DNA of 32,000 nucleotides from Synechococcus elongatus PCC 6301 (GTDB lineage Bacteria; Cyanobacteriota; Cyanobacteriia; Synechococcales; Synechococcaceae): the NCBI RefSeq assembly GCF_000010065.1, contig NC_006576.1:1080001-1112000 (forward strand). Reading direction: 5' to 3'. The notes beneath the pieces are model-generated. The model saw only the letters and a program-made list of their open reading frames with translations. It did not search any database and was not told the origin of the DNA. Numbering within the stretch: the first letter of the stretch is position 1; every line of letters begins with the position of its first letter. Positions 9,098 through 17,371 of this stretch are shown here, in pieces. A program made the translations under genes and the position numbers.

Positions 9098-10258
9098 ATG
9101 AACCCAACCGGAACCGCGATCGCTGTCCAAGTCCGTCATCAAACTGCTATGGACGCTGACTTCGCACACCGCAATCATCCACTGGCGTTGGCAACGGCTG
9201 TCCAAACCCGTTTACAGGTCTACCAACAGCTACGCCAGCAGTATCCCAATGCCAGCCTGACGGCAGAGCTTGTGAGTGTGCAGGGCGAGCAATTTGTGGT
9301 GCGTGCCCAGGTCGAAATTGGTGGGCAAACCCTTGCAACAGGCTTAGGGGCAGCTACTCAAATCGAAGAAGCGGAGGATCGCGCCCGCCTGCGAGTCTTG
9401 GAGCTGTTGGGGCTCAGTCCCGAATGCAGCGCTCCAACCCAATGGGAAGTCCAAGTTGTGGCTCAGGCTACGCCAGCACTGGCAGCTCCCGCCAACGATC
9501 GCGCCCTCGCAGCGGTCAGTACACCGATCGCTGCGACTCCTCCGGCGATCGCCCCGGAGCTGGAACCAGAAATCCCAGCCTTCGATGAGGTCGAGGCAGA
9601 ACCAGAACTGCCGTCAGAACCCCGCGTTACTCAAACAGCCCTGCCAGAACGCGATCGCCCTAGACCGGCACAACCGGCAGCTGTGACCGCTGAATTGCCA
9701 TTGCTTGAGCAGCCGCCTGCACCCACTGCGAGCCTGTCTGCAGTGCCCACCGACTGGTCGGAAGATCTGGCAGAGATTGAAGTCGAACTTAAACGACTGA
9801 TGTGGAGCGAAGCCGAAGAGCAAGCCTATCTGCTGCAACACTTTGGCAAGCGATCGCGCGCGCTGATTGCTGACTACGATCAGTTACTGCTCTTTCTGGA
9901 TCATTTGCGATCGCTGCCAACCCCAGGGCTCTCCCCGAAACCGACGATCGCTCTAGAACCGGAACCGAAAGCGGCTCCAACGGTCTCCTTGCCACCCTTA
10001 CCGGAGCCGACGGTGATACCGACCCCTGCACCGGCGATCGCTCCGCCAGTTGAGCAGCCGAATCGCAGCGAAGCCATGGAACTGACCAGTGCGGCCGTGA
10101 AACGACTGGGTTGGACCAATCGCCAAGGTAGTGATCATCTGCGGCAGACCTACGGCAAGGCCAGTCGCCAGCAGTTGACGACTGAGGAACTCCTCGACTT
10201 TTTGCATTATTTGCACCGGCTGTCGCCACCCCCCAGCAGCGAAGCCGTGCCGTTTTAA
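9098..10258 (+). CDS. Conserved cyanobacterial protein with duplicated C-terminal 'KRLxW...GKxSR...LLxFLxxL' module; function unknown
   Basis: 386-aa ORF. Structured N-terminus, low-complexity Pro/Glu/Ala middle, and two related ~40-aa helical modules. Confidence 0.75.
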   Translation: MNPTGTAIAVQVRHQTAMDADFAHRNHPLALATAVQTRLQVYQQLRQQYPNASLTAELVSVQGEQFVVRAQVEIGGQTLATGLGAATQIEEAEDRARLRVLELLGLSPECSAPTQWEVQVVAQATPALAAPANDRALAAVSTPIAATPPAIAPELEPEIPAFDEVEAEPELPSEPRVTQTALPERDRPRPAQPAAVTAELPLLEQPPAPTASLSAVPTDWSEDLAEIEVELKRLMWSEAEEQAYLLQHFGKRSRALIADYDQLLLFLDHLRSLPTPGLSPKPTIALEPEPKAAPTVSLPPLPEPTVIPTPAPAIAPPVEQPNRSEAMELTSAAVKRLGWTNRQGSDHLRQTYGKASRQQLTTEELLDFLHYLHRLSPPPSSEAVPF

Positions 10259-10314
10259 GCATTGACGGTTCTGCTGTGCTGATCGCAACGTTCCCTGAGA
10301 GAGACTGACGTGAA

Positions 10315-10824
10315 ATGGGACGACTTGTCTCACTGCAGATTATTACGCCCATTGAGCAAACTGCAGCACTCTTTGAGCTGATTATTCAAAAGACCATGCC
10401 CGCAACTGAACAGGAGCTGCGATCGATTCTGGCAACCCAAATTGCTCCGCCTGATATTTGCCTCTGTTTTGTTGTAGCGCTGGATGAGGTCATCCAAACC
10501 TTGGAGACTCAAGCACTAGAACTGGCTGATCATGTTGCGATCGGTTGTGTCTGGACTGCGTTTTCTTTTGGCGATCGCTATCTGCTGACAACCGCGACTT
10601 CCTCTTACTCAGCTATGGCAAGAGCCTTCGAAGAGAGTCAGTCTATTCAATCCTTATTTGCGGACATAGCCCAGCAAAGTGCGTCCGAGGCGCTCTTTCT
10701 AATCGATGACTGGAATCAATCACACCTGCTCTGGCGTAGCGATCACACGACTCTTAAAGACAACTGGATTAGCAACCATCCTGTGGATCAATGCTGTCGC
10801 GAAATCATGGTTCCTTTCCACTAA
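10315..10824 (+). CDS. Hypothetical protein
   Basis: 169-aa ORF with no overlapping better candidate and no recognised domain. Confidence 0.55.
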   Translation: MGRLVSLQIITPIEQTAALFELIIQKTMPATEQELRSILATQIAPPDICLCFVVALDEVIQTLETQALELADHVAIGCVWTAFSFGDRYLLTTATSSYSAMARAFEESQSIQSLFADIAQQSASEALFLIDDWNQSHLLWRSDHTTLKDNWISNHPVDQCCREIMVPFH

Positions 10825-10857
10825 TGAAAAGCAGCTCTCGATTTACCCATAGCAACA

Positions 10858-13005
10858 TCATTGAGTGGTGGCAAGCGACAAGGTTTGCGGGCTGAGATGA
10901 CGACTGATAGCGGTGTAGCGACGCGTCACGATCAACGAAGATTGACAGGCTTCAACCAGACGATCGGGATAGAAACCGAGGGTCTTGCGTGCCAGACCCC
11001 AAGATGGACTCGTACCCACCACAGTGAGATCGGCTTCAGCCGTTGCCTCAATCAAGAAGTCCAGAGGATCTTGCTGCCACAGACATTCATAGCGAATGCG
11101 ATCGCGCAATTGCGGACTGAGGCTATCCAGTAAATCTCGGGCTTCAGCACTGAGTTCTGCTCCCGCGATCGCTTCAAACTGGAGCAGTCGTAGCTGTCGT
11201 TGGGGATGCCCTAGCAACAGGCGGAGTGCCAATTCTAAACTGAGATCATCATGGGACGAACCACCGTAGGGCACCAGCAACCGACGCCGTGATGAATGGC
11301 TGTCTTTGTTGACATAGATTGCCACGTCCGTCGGAGCGTGGTTGAGCAGATATCCCACCCGTCCCCCCAGGCGACTATCCCCCACCGTCGAGCGATGCCA
11401 GCCCGCCAAAATCAAATCTGCTTGGGCTTGATCGGCCAACTGACAGAGATCACGACCAACGTTGCCTGAAGAGCGGATGATCGGCAGCACTACTGCTGGC
11501 GGCAGGCGCAGTTCCCCCAGCAGACGAGCCATTCCCTGGTGCAGGTTCTGGAGTTCGGCCTCGACTTCGACTGGCATGTCATCGAAGCCATAGTCGTTGT
11601 TGATTTCCAGCAAATTGGTGGGATAGATCACCCCCATGCCGCGATCGCTCAGGGCTAAATCGGCCGCCACACTCAGCAGCTGGCGCTGAGTTTGCGGATT
11701 CGCTAAGGGAACCAGCACTTGATAGGCTGAATCGGAATTGGGCAGCTGGGGCTGCGGTAGCGAGAGAATTCGCCGTTGTGGATAAAGACGATTGAGCAGC
11801 GGGGTCGTCATCACCGTTGTGACTAGCGCCATGATCACCAGCAGGGTGAACAACTCTGACGAAATCACCCCCAAACTCAAGCCAATGTTGAGAACGACCA
11901 GTTCCGTCAGGCCCCGCGTATTCATCAACCAACCAAGGGTTTGCGCTTCTCGGACTGACATGTTGCCCCAACGGGCTGCCAAGTAAGCTCCACCCACTTT
12001 GCCCGCGATCGCCACGACCAAAATCAGCCCACCAATGAACCAGAGTGCCGGTTGATTGAGGCGGCTGAGATCCGTGCGCAACCCGCTGTAGGCAAAGAAA
12101 ACTGGCAGCAAAATCGTCAACACAAAGTCTTCGGTGCGCAGGGCTAAATCCCGGGTTAGCGCCTGATTCTTGGGCAAGATCACACCCAACAAAAAGGCAC
12201 CAAAGATGAAGTGAATGCCGATTAACTCGGTCAGCAGTGCTGAAACCAGTACTCCCATGTAGATCGTGGCTAGCAGCACTTGGGAGAGTTCACCGCTGCG
12301 GGCGTACCAACGGCTAATCACGTTACCCAGCCAGCGTCGACCCATCGTCAACATGCCACCGCAGTAGAGCATTGCTAGAACGATCGTGGGAATCGCCGCA
12401 ACCATACTGTTGGTGCGGGTTACCGCGATCGCGATCGCTAGCAGACACCAAGCCGTTAAGTCATCAATCGCGGCGCAGGTCAGAGCCAAACTCCCCAGCG
12501 GCGTGCGTTGTAGGTTGCGCTCCGTCAGAATCCGTGCCAGCACCGGAAAGGCGGTAATCGACAGCGCCACACCCAGAAACAAACTGACAGGCAACAGACC
12601 GACGCCCTGAACCAAAATCGCTGGATAGAAGCGCTGTAGCCCGATCGCGAGGCCAATGCCCAAACCAAAGGGCAGCAGCACGCTCAGGTTTGAGACCCAG
12701 AGAGCCAGCCGCAGTCGCCCTCGCAAATATTGGGGATTGAGTTCCAGCCCGATCAAAAACATGAAAAAGATGAGGCCAACCTGAGCCAGTAGCTCAAGGT
12801 AAGACCCACTCGCCTGCGGAAAGATCGCTAGCTCTAATTTCGGAGCGATCGCTCCCAGGAAAGACGGCCCTAGTAGAATTCCCGCCGCAATCTCACCGAC
12901 GACGAGGGGCTGGCCAAACCGATGCACCAAAGAGCCCAGTAACCGCGAGCAGAGGATGACGACCAGAATTTCAATCAGGACGACCACAACGTGGCTGAAG
13001 TGCAT
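10858..13005 (-). CDS. CPA2-family cation:proton antiporter with C-terminal universal-stress-protein-like region
   Basis: About 12 hydrophobic segments, QPLVVGEIAAGILLGPS, ALSITAFPVLARILTERNL, NTRGLTELVVLNIGL; soluble C-terminal region with USP-like segments (LILAGWHRSTVGDS; LTVVGTSPSWGL). Confidence 0.9.
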   Translation of the reverse strand: MHFSHVVVVLIEILVVILCSRLLGSLVHRFGQPLVVGEIAAGILLGPSFLGAIAPKLELAIFPQASGSYLELLAQVGLIFFMFLIGLELNPQYLRGRLRLALWVSNLSVLLPFGLGIGLAIGLQRFYPAILVQGVGLLPVSLFLGVALSITAFPVLARILTERNLQRTPLGSLALTCAAIDDLTAWCLLAIAIAVTRTNSMVAAIPTIVLAMLYCGGMLTMGRRWLGNVISRWYARSGELSQVLLATIYMGVLVSALLTELIGIHFIFGAFLLGVILPKNQALTRDLALRTEDFVLTILLPVFFAYSGLRTDLSRLNQPALWFIGGLILVVAIAGKVGGAYLAARWGNMSVREAQTLGWLMNTRGLTELVVLNIGLSLGVISSELFTLLVIMALVTTVMTTPLLNRLYPQRRILSLPQPQLPNSDSAYQVLVPLANPQTQRQLLSVAADLALSDRGMGVIYPTNLLEINNDYGFDDMPVEVEAELQNLHQGMARLLGELRLPPAVVLPIIRSSGNVGRDLCQLADQAQADLILAGWHRSTVGDSRLGGRVGYLLNHAPTDVAIYVNKDSHSSRRRLLVPYGGSSHDDLSLELALRLLLGHPQRQLRLLQFEAIAGAELSAEARDLLDSLSPQLRDRIRYECLWQQDPLDFLIEATAEADLTVVGTSPSWGLARKTLGFYPDRLVEACQSSLIVTRRYTAISRHLSPQTLSLATTQ

Positions 13006-13045
13006 GGTGGCCTCAGGTGCACGATGTTCCTATGGCAGCACGATT

Positions 13046-13738
13046 TCAGGAAATTGCAGCTGCTGTTGCCTCATCGCTTGCAGACAAGGATTTGGCCTTT
13101 GGCAAGGGTAAGCGCCAGCCTTGATAAATCACCGCGCCTAACAACGGCAGGAACCCAATCAATGGCCAAATACGTCGGCGATCGCCGCGACGGTGCGCAT
13201 CTTCGAGCAAGAGCACTGGGAACAGCAGCGTTAAGCAAGCAAAGTCCAGCGTCATCACTTGGATAAAGCGGCTGGTCTGGAACTGCTGCACAAAGTCAGC
13301 CAGATCCCCTTGCAGCGCCAAGAGTCCTAACAGGGCGATCGCTATCCCTAGGGGTAAGGTTAACCAGCGGCGATCGAGCTTCTGGAGCAACGGCGGCCAA
13401 GCAACAGGCAACGAACCGGTGGGTAGCGGACGAAAAACAAAGTAGGGCAGCAGCGCAAACGCTCCCGCCCCAAAACTGGCGATCGCAAAGGGCCAAGCTC
13501 GCCAGCCTCGCTGATGGCCATCGAGGAGCAAGAGTGGGCCGTAGAGCAGTGGCCAGAGCCCCATGGCGTTAAACAGCGCCACAATCAGCAGGTTAATTCC
13601 CTGCCACTGTCCCAAGGACAGCCGCCGAATCAGATCCCAGGTTTGCGGGTCATCCGGCGGAGCCAATAGGGCTGTGTAACTGACTAGCGATAGCCAGGCG
13701 ATCGCCGCTAGCGATCGTTTTAGAAGGCTTGAATCCAC
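13046..13738 (-). CDS. Integral membrane protein, conserved hypothetical
   Basis: 230 aa with several TM segments. Start overlaps the end of the upstream same-strand ORF. Confidence 0.7.
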   Translation of the reverse strand: MDSSLLKRSLAAIAWLSLVSYTALLAPPDDPQTWDLIRRLSLGQWQGINLLIVALFNAMGLWPLLYGPLLLLDGHQRGWRAWPFAIASFGAGAFALLPYFVFRPLPTGSLPVAWPPLLQKLDRRWLTLPLGIAIALLGLLALQGDLADFVQQFQTSRFIQVMTLDFACLTLLFPVLLLEDAHRRGDRRRIWPLIGFLPLLGAVIYQGWRLPLPKAKSLSASDEATAAAIS

Positions 13739-13989
13739 TCACGCACCTCATATTCCGTCCAGACGCCATTTTGCCAATAGGGATCCGCTTCGATCGCCTG
13801 TTTGACGGTTTCGATCGTGTCCGCCTCATAAGTTCCAAACACGTGGGTCAGGTCTTGGGTGGGGCCGAGGGTGATCAGCAGACCTTGCTCCTTTTGCACC
13901 GCTAGACCAGCGAGGTGCGCTTCTCGGTGGGGAGCCCGTTTTTCTAGAACCTCCTCGCAGTAGCGACCCCAGAGAACAAACTTGGCCAT
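13720..13989 (-). CDS. YciI-like family protein
   Basis: MAKFVLWGRYCEEVLEKRAPHREAHLAGLAVQKEQGLLITLGPTQDLTHVFGTYEADTIETVKQAIEADPYWQNGVWTEYEVREW matches the YCII pattern. Start set at internal Met (ORF track 14043). Confidence 0.8.
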   Translation of the reverse strand: MAKFVLWGRYCEEVLEKRAPHREAHLAGLAVQKEQGLLITLGPTQDLTHVFGTYEADTIETVKQAIEADPYWQNGVWTEYEVREWIQAF

Positions 13990-14067
13990 TTTGTCAGTGC
14001 AGTGAGACTTTTCAGGCATTATCGATGCTGCCGCTATGCTCAATCACAGGAGCCTCTGGATTTCGCC

Positions 14068-14631
14068 ATGGTCAAAGTTCTGGCCTTCTCCGGCAGCGGC
14101 CGTCGTCAGTCCTACAATCAGCGCCTAGTGGCGATCGCGGCGGCAGGCGCCCATCGGGCAGGCGCTGAAGTCACCCTGACCAATTTGCAGGATCTCAACC
14201 TGCCGATCTTTAACGAGGATGAGGAGGCCGAGCAGGGCTTACCGCCGGGCGCCGTTGGCTTCAAACGCTTGCTGCGGCAGCATGACGGGTGGCTGATTGC
14301 CTGCCCGGAATACAACAGCTCGATTACACCGCTACTGAAAAATGCGATCGACTGGGCTTCTCGGCCAGAACCGAACGGCACACCCAGTCCCTTCCGCAAC
14401 AAAACGGCGATCTTGATGTCGGCTTCACCGGGACAGTTGGGCGGACTGCGCGGACTCTTCCACGTTCGAGACGTCCTCCATAATCTCGGCACGATTGTCC
14501 TGCCCCAGCAGCGATCGCTGCCTAGGGCTGACTTGGCGTTTAATGACCAGGATCAACTGCAGGAGGAGGCTCAACAGGAGGCTTTTCTCAACCTAGGGCG
14601 ATCGCTGGTCAGCTATCTGGAACGGACTTAA
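14068..14631 (+). CDS. NADPH-dependent FMN reductase-like flavoprotein
   Basis: [20 protein letters not shown] ... [26 protein letters not shown] ... [18 protein letters not shown]. Start set at ATG 14068, in frame inside ORF 14002..14631. Confidence 0.92.
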   Translation: MVKVLAFSGSGRRQSYNQRLVAIAAAGAHRAGAEVTLTNLQDLNLPIFNEDEEAEQGLPPGAVGFKRLLRQHDGWLIACPEYNSSITPLLKNAIDWASRPEPNGTPSPFRNKTAILMSASPGQLGGLRGLFHVRDVLHNLGTIVLPQQRSLPRADLAFNDQDQLQEEAQQEAFLNLGRSLVSYLERT

Positions 14632-15521
14632 TTCAGGGCGATCGCCGGTCGCTGACGCGGATATTCCTGCATCAGTCGGCGCACTTCTTCGGCGTGATAG
14701 GAACTGCGGGTCAGGGGTGAAGCCACGACTTGCAGGAAGCCGAGCTGACTGCCTTGCTGTTGCCAAGCATCAAATTCCGCCGGCGTGACAAAGCGATCGA
14801 CGCCTAAATGTTTTTGGGTCGGCTGCAGGTACTGACCGATCGTGACGATGTCGCAGTCGACGCTACGGAGGTCCACCAGGACCTGCTGCACTTCTTCCGC
14901 AGTTTCACCAAGACCCACCATCAAGCCAGACTTGGTATAGATCCACGGCGCTTGTTCCCGACTGCGGCGCAATAGTTCCAGCGATCGCTGATAGTCACCT
15001 TGGGGTCGCACGCGTCGGTAGAGTCGTGAGACCGTTTCGATGTTGTGGTTCAGCACCTCGGGCGCTGCGGACAAAATAATTTCCAGCGCTTCCCAGTTGC
15101 CGCAGAGATCGGGAATCAGAACCTCAATCGTGGTCTGAGGCGATCGCGATCGCACCGCTTCAATACAGCGTTTGAATTGCTCAGCACCACCATCCGGCAA
15201 GTCATCACGATTGACTGACGTGATCACGACGTGATTGAGATTCAGTCGGCCCACAGCTTCTGTGAGTCGTTGCGGCTCCGTCGGATCGAGCGCTTTGGGT
15301 TTCTTTTCGAAGTCGATATCGCAGTAGGGGCAAGCCCGCGTGCAAGCCGGACCCATGATCAAAAAGGTGGCCGTCCCAGCGTTAAAACACTCACCAATAT
15401 TGGGACAGGATGCCTCTTCGCAAACGGTATTCAGCCCCAGATCCGCCAAGACTTGCTTGACGTTACCGACGCGTTGCCACTGCGGTGCTTTGACTCGCAG
15501 CCATTCCGGTTTGACGACCAA
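14628..15521 (-). CDS. lipA: Lipoyl synthase
   Basis: [41 protein letters not shown] (LipA auxiliary-cluster and radical SAM CxxxCxxC motifs), [18 protein letters not shown]. Confidence 0.96.
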   Translation of the reverse strand: MVVKPEWLRVKAPQWQRVGNVKQVLADLGLNTVCEEASCPNIGECFNAGTATFLIMGPACTRACPYCDIDFEKKPKALDPTEPQRLTEAVGRLNLNHVVITSVNRDDLPDGGAEQFKRCIEAVRSRSPQTTIEVLIPDLCGNWEALEIILSAAPEVLNHNIETVSRLYRRVRPQGDYQRSLELLRRSREQAPWIYTKSGLMVGLGETAEEVQQVLVDLRSVDCDIVTIGQYLQPTQKHLGVDRFVTPAEFDAWQQQGSQLGFLQVVASPLTRSSYHAEEVRRLMQEYPRQRPAIALN

Positions 15522-15696
15522 AAGACGCTCCTCAGTTCGGGCTAATCAGTGGAGATAGAGCAGCGATCGCAGTCACTGACAGGATGCTTTGAAGGCAGCG
15601 ATCGCAACTTTTCGAATTGTGACACACTGGCCCACGGGACTTGAGAGCGATCATCACCGAATCTACGGCGCGATTCAGGAGCGATCGCTGTTCAGC

Positions 15697-15804
15697 ATGC
15701 CCAACGATCTTTTGCCCTTTCTGCTGGGTATCGCCGTTCTCATCCTCTACCTCTGTTGGTCAGCCGCGACCGAGATGGGAACCCGCTGGCCTTGGAAAAA
15801 GTAG
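15697..15804 (+). CDS. Possible 35-aa single-TM peptide MPNDLLPFLLGIAVLILYLCWSAATEMGTRWPWKK
   Basis: ATG at 15697, in frame inside track ORF 15589..15804. Hydrophobic helix with charged C-terminus; no recognised name. Confidence 0.4.
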   Translation: MPNDLLPFLLGIAVLILYLCWSAATEMGTRWPWKK

Positions 15805-15817
15805 GGGCAGGTAGCAA

Positions 15818-16048
15818 TTAAGACTCTGGCTCCGCTGCAGCAGCCTTTTCTAGTAGTTCCAAACCTCGATTCTGGCGATCGCGGCCTCGCTCAGCTCTGA
15901 GTTGGAAGCGTGTTTCAGCATCAAACTCTGCCAAAAGCAGCGTTGCCATTTCATCAATCAGTCGATTTACTGTCGTGCCTCGTAGACGAGCCATTTCTTT
16001 CAGGCGTCGATGCTTATCATCTGCCAAACGCACTGTCATTGCAGTCAT
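15818..16048 (-). CDS. Putative ribbon-helix-helix/CopG-like antitoxin
   Basis: MTAMTVRLADDKHRRLKEMARLRGTTVNRLIDEMATLLLAEFDAE has RHH-like architecture; directly follows the PIN-domain gene. Confidence 0.75.
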   Translation of the reverse strand: MTAMTVRLADDKHRRLKEMARLRGTTVNRLIDEMATLLLAEFDAETRFQLRAERGRDRQNRGLELLEKAAAAEPES

Positions 16049-16051
16049 CTT

Positions 16052-16477
16052 CTAACCCTCCCTCAGTCCGTCTAGAAGCTGCTCTGGAGTCACGATCGCC
16101 AACGAGGGGAAGCGTAACTCTAACCGTTTTAGATCCCGTTGATTACGACTAACAACACATCGAGCTGCTGCTGCGATCGCCAATTCAATTAGATGGTCAT
16201 CACCAGCATCAGGTGAGTTAGGTCGCCAGCCATAGTAAATACGGGTCCACTCACAACAACCCAGGAAAATATCAAACAGCTCCTCTCGTTCTTCAACACT
16301 CAAGCATCCAGTCCGAAATAGAGTTGATCGACTGAGAACATCTTCATACTCCAAAAACAAAGCGGTGCCCATCACAGGCGTACATTGACCCCGCAAGCAG
16401 GCTGCAATCACTTGCCGGGCTGAACCGTTACCCAGACAGGCCCCAACAAAGACGTTCGTGTCAACAACAATCCTCAT
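16052..16477 (-). CDS. PIN-domain protein, putative toxin component
   Basis: MRIVVDTNVFVGACL... LEYEDVLSR... DAGDDHLIELAIAAAARCVVSRNQRDLKRL (PIN acidic residues). Start set at internal Met; track ORF runs to 16513. Confidence 0.85.
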   Translation of the reverse strand: MRIVVDTNVFVGACLGNGSARQVIAACLRGQCTPVMGTALFLEYEDVLSRSTLFRTGCLSVEEREELFDIFLGCCEWTRIYYGWRPNSPDAGDDHLIELAIAAAARCVVSRNQRDLKRLELRFPSLAIVTPEQLLDGLREG

Positions 16478-16526
16478 GCCAAGATGGTAGCAAAAATGCC
16501 ACCAAACAAGCATTGTCTCAGTGGCC

Positions 16527-17276
16527 TCAACCCTGAAGAATAGCTAGTACGATGTGGACTCCCCAGTGGGCAACGATCGCGCCTTCCAGTCCGTAGCGCC
16601 AATAGAGGTAGCCTGCCACCAACCCAAACAGCCCGTTTTGCAGCAGTAAATAACCGATCAGAACTGGCGTCAGCGGTAGCCCGATCGCAGCAGCATAGGG
16701 CAGATGAGCCGCAGCAAAGACGAGAGCAGACAGGAGAATTGCGATCGTTACCCAAAACTTTTGCGGTGAACCCTGACGACGTTGTCCCCAGCGCCAGCCC
16801 AGCCAGAGCAGAAAGGTCATTAAGCCCCAGCGCAGCAGAATTTCTTCGGTAATCCCGCCGTAGAGGAAGCGCAGCAGGAGCGGCGGAGCACTGGCAGTGG
16901 AAAAAGCAGGTGGCAACAGGAATTGACCAACGCCCGCGATCGCCCAGAACAAAACACTACTCAGCAGTCCGCCCAAGAGCGCAGGCCAAAGCTGGGGTTG
17001 AAGCAGTTGCCAGCCATTCTGACGATTGCTCAAGGCAACAATTACGGGCGCTTGCAAACCGACTGATAGCGCAAGGCGACTACCAGTCAGAACCGCGATC
17101 GTGAGCAAAATCGTTGGCTGAGCCAGTACCAAGACTCGCAGAGCTATTGGCGATAGCGGAGTCTCTCCTAGTGGCGGCAGAGGTAGTAATAACAGCGAGA
17201 GAACCCCCATCATCCCCAGCAGCCAAAGCAGGAGTTGCGATCGCCAAGTGATGGCTGAATTGACAGGCTGATTCAT
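16527..17276 (-). CDS. CPBP-family (CAAX protease-like) intramembrane metalloprotease
   Basis: GGITEEILLRWGLMTFLLW (EExxxR-type motif), FAAAHLPYA, and C-terminal GLVAGYLYWRYGLEGAIVAHWGVH. Confidence 0.88.
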   Translation of the reverse strand: MNQPVNSAITWRSQLLLWLLGMMGVLSLLLLPLPPLGETPLSPIALRVLVLAQPTILLTIAVLTGSRLALSVGLQAPVIVALSNRQNGWQLLQPQLWPALLGGLLSSVLFWAIAGVGQFLLPPAFSTASAPPLLLRFLYGGITEEILLRWGLMTFLLWLGWRWGQRRQGSPQKFWVTIAILLSALVFAAAHLPYAAAIGLPLTPVLIGYLLLQNGLFGLVAGYLYWRYGLEGAIVAHWGVHIVLAILQG

Positions 17277-17371
17277 ACCGCACCTCCCCAGTTCATAAGA
17301 AAAATCCCCTTCCGCAAGCTTACGAAAGGGGAATCAATTCAAGTTTTAGTGATCAGTCAGAAGGCGATCGC

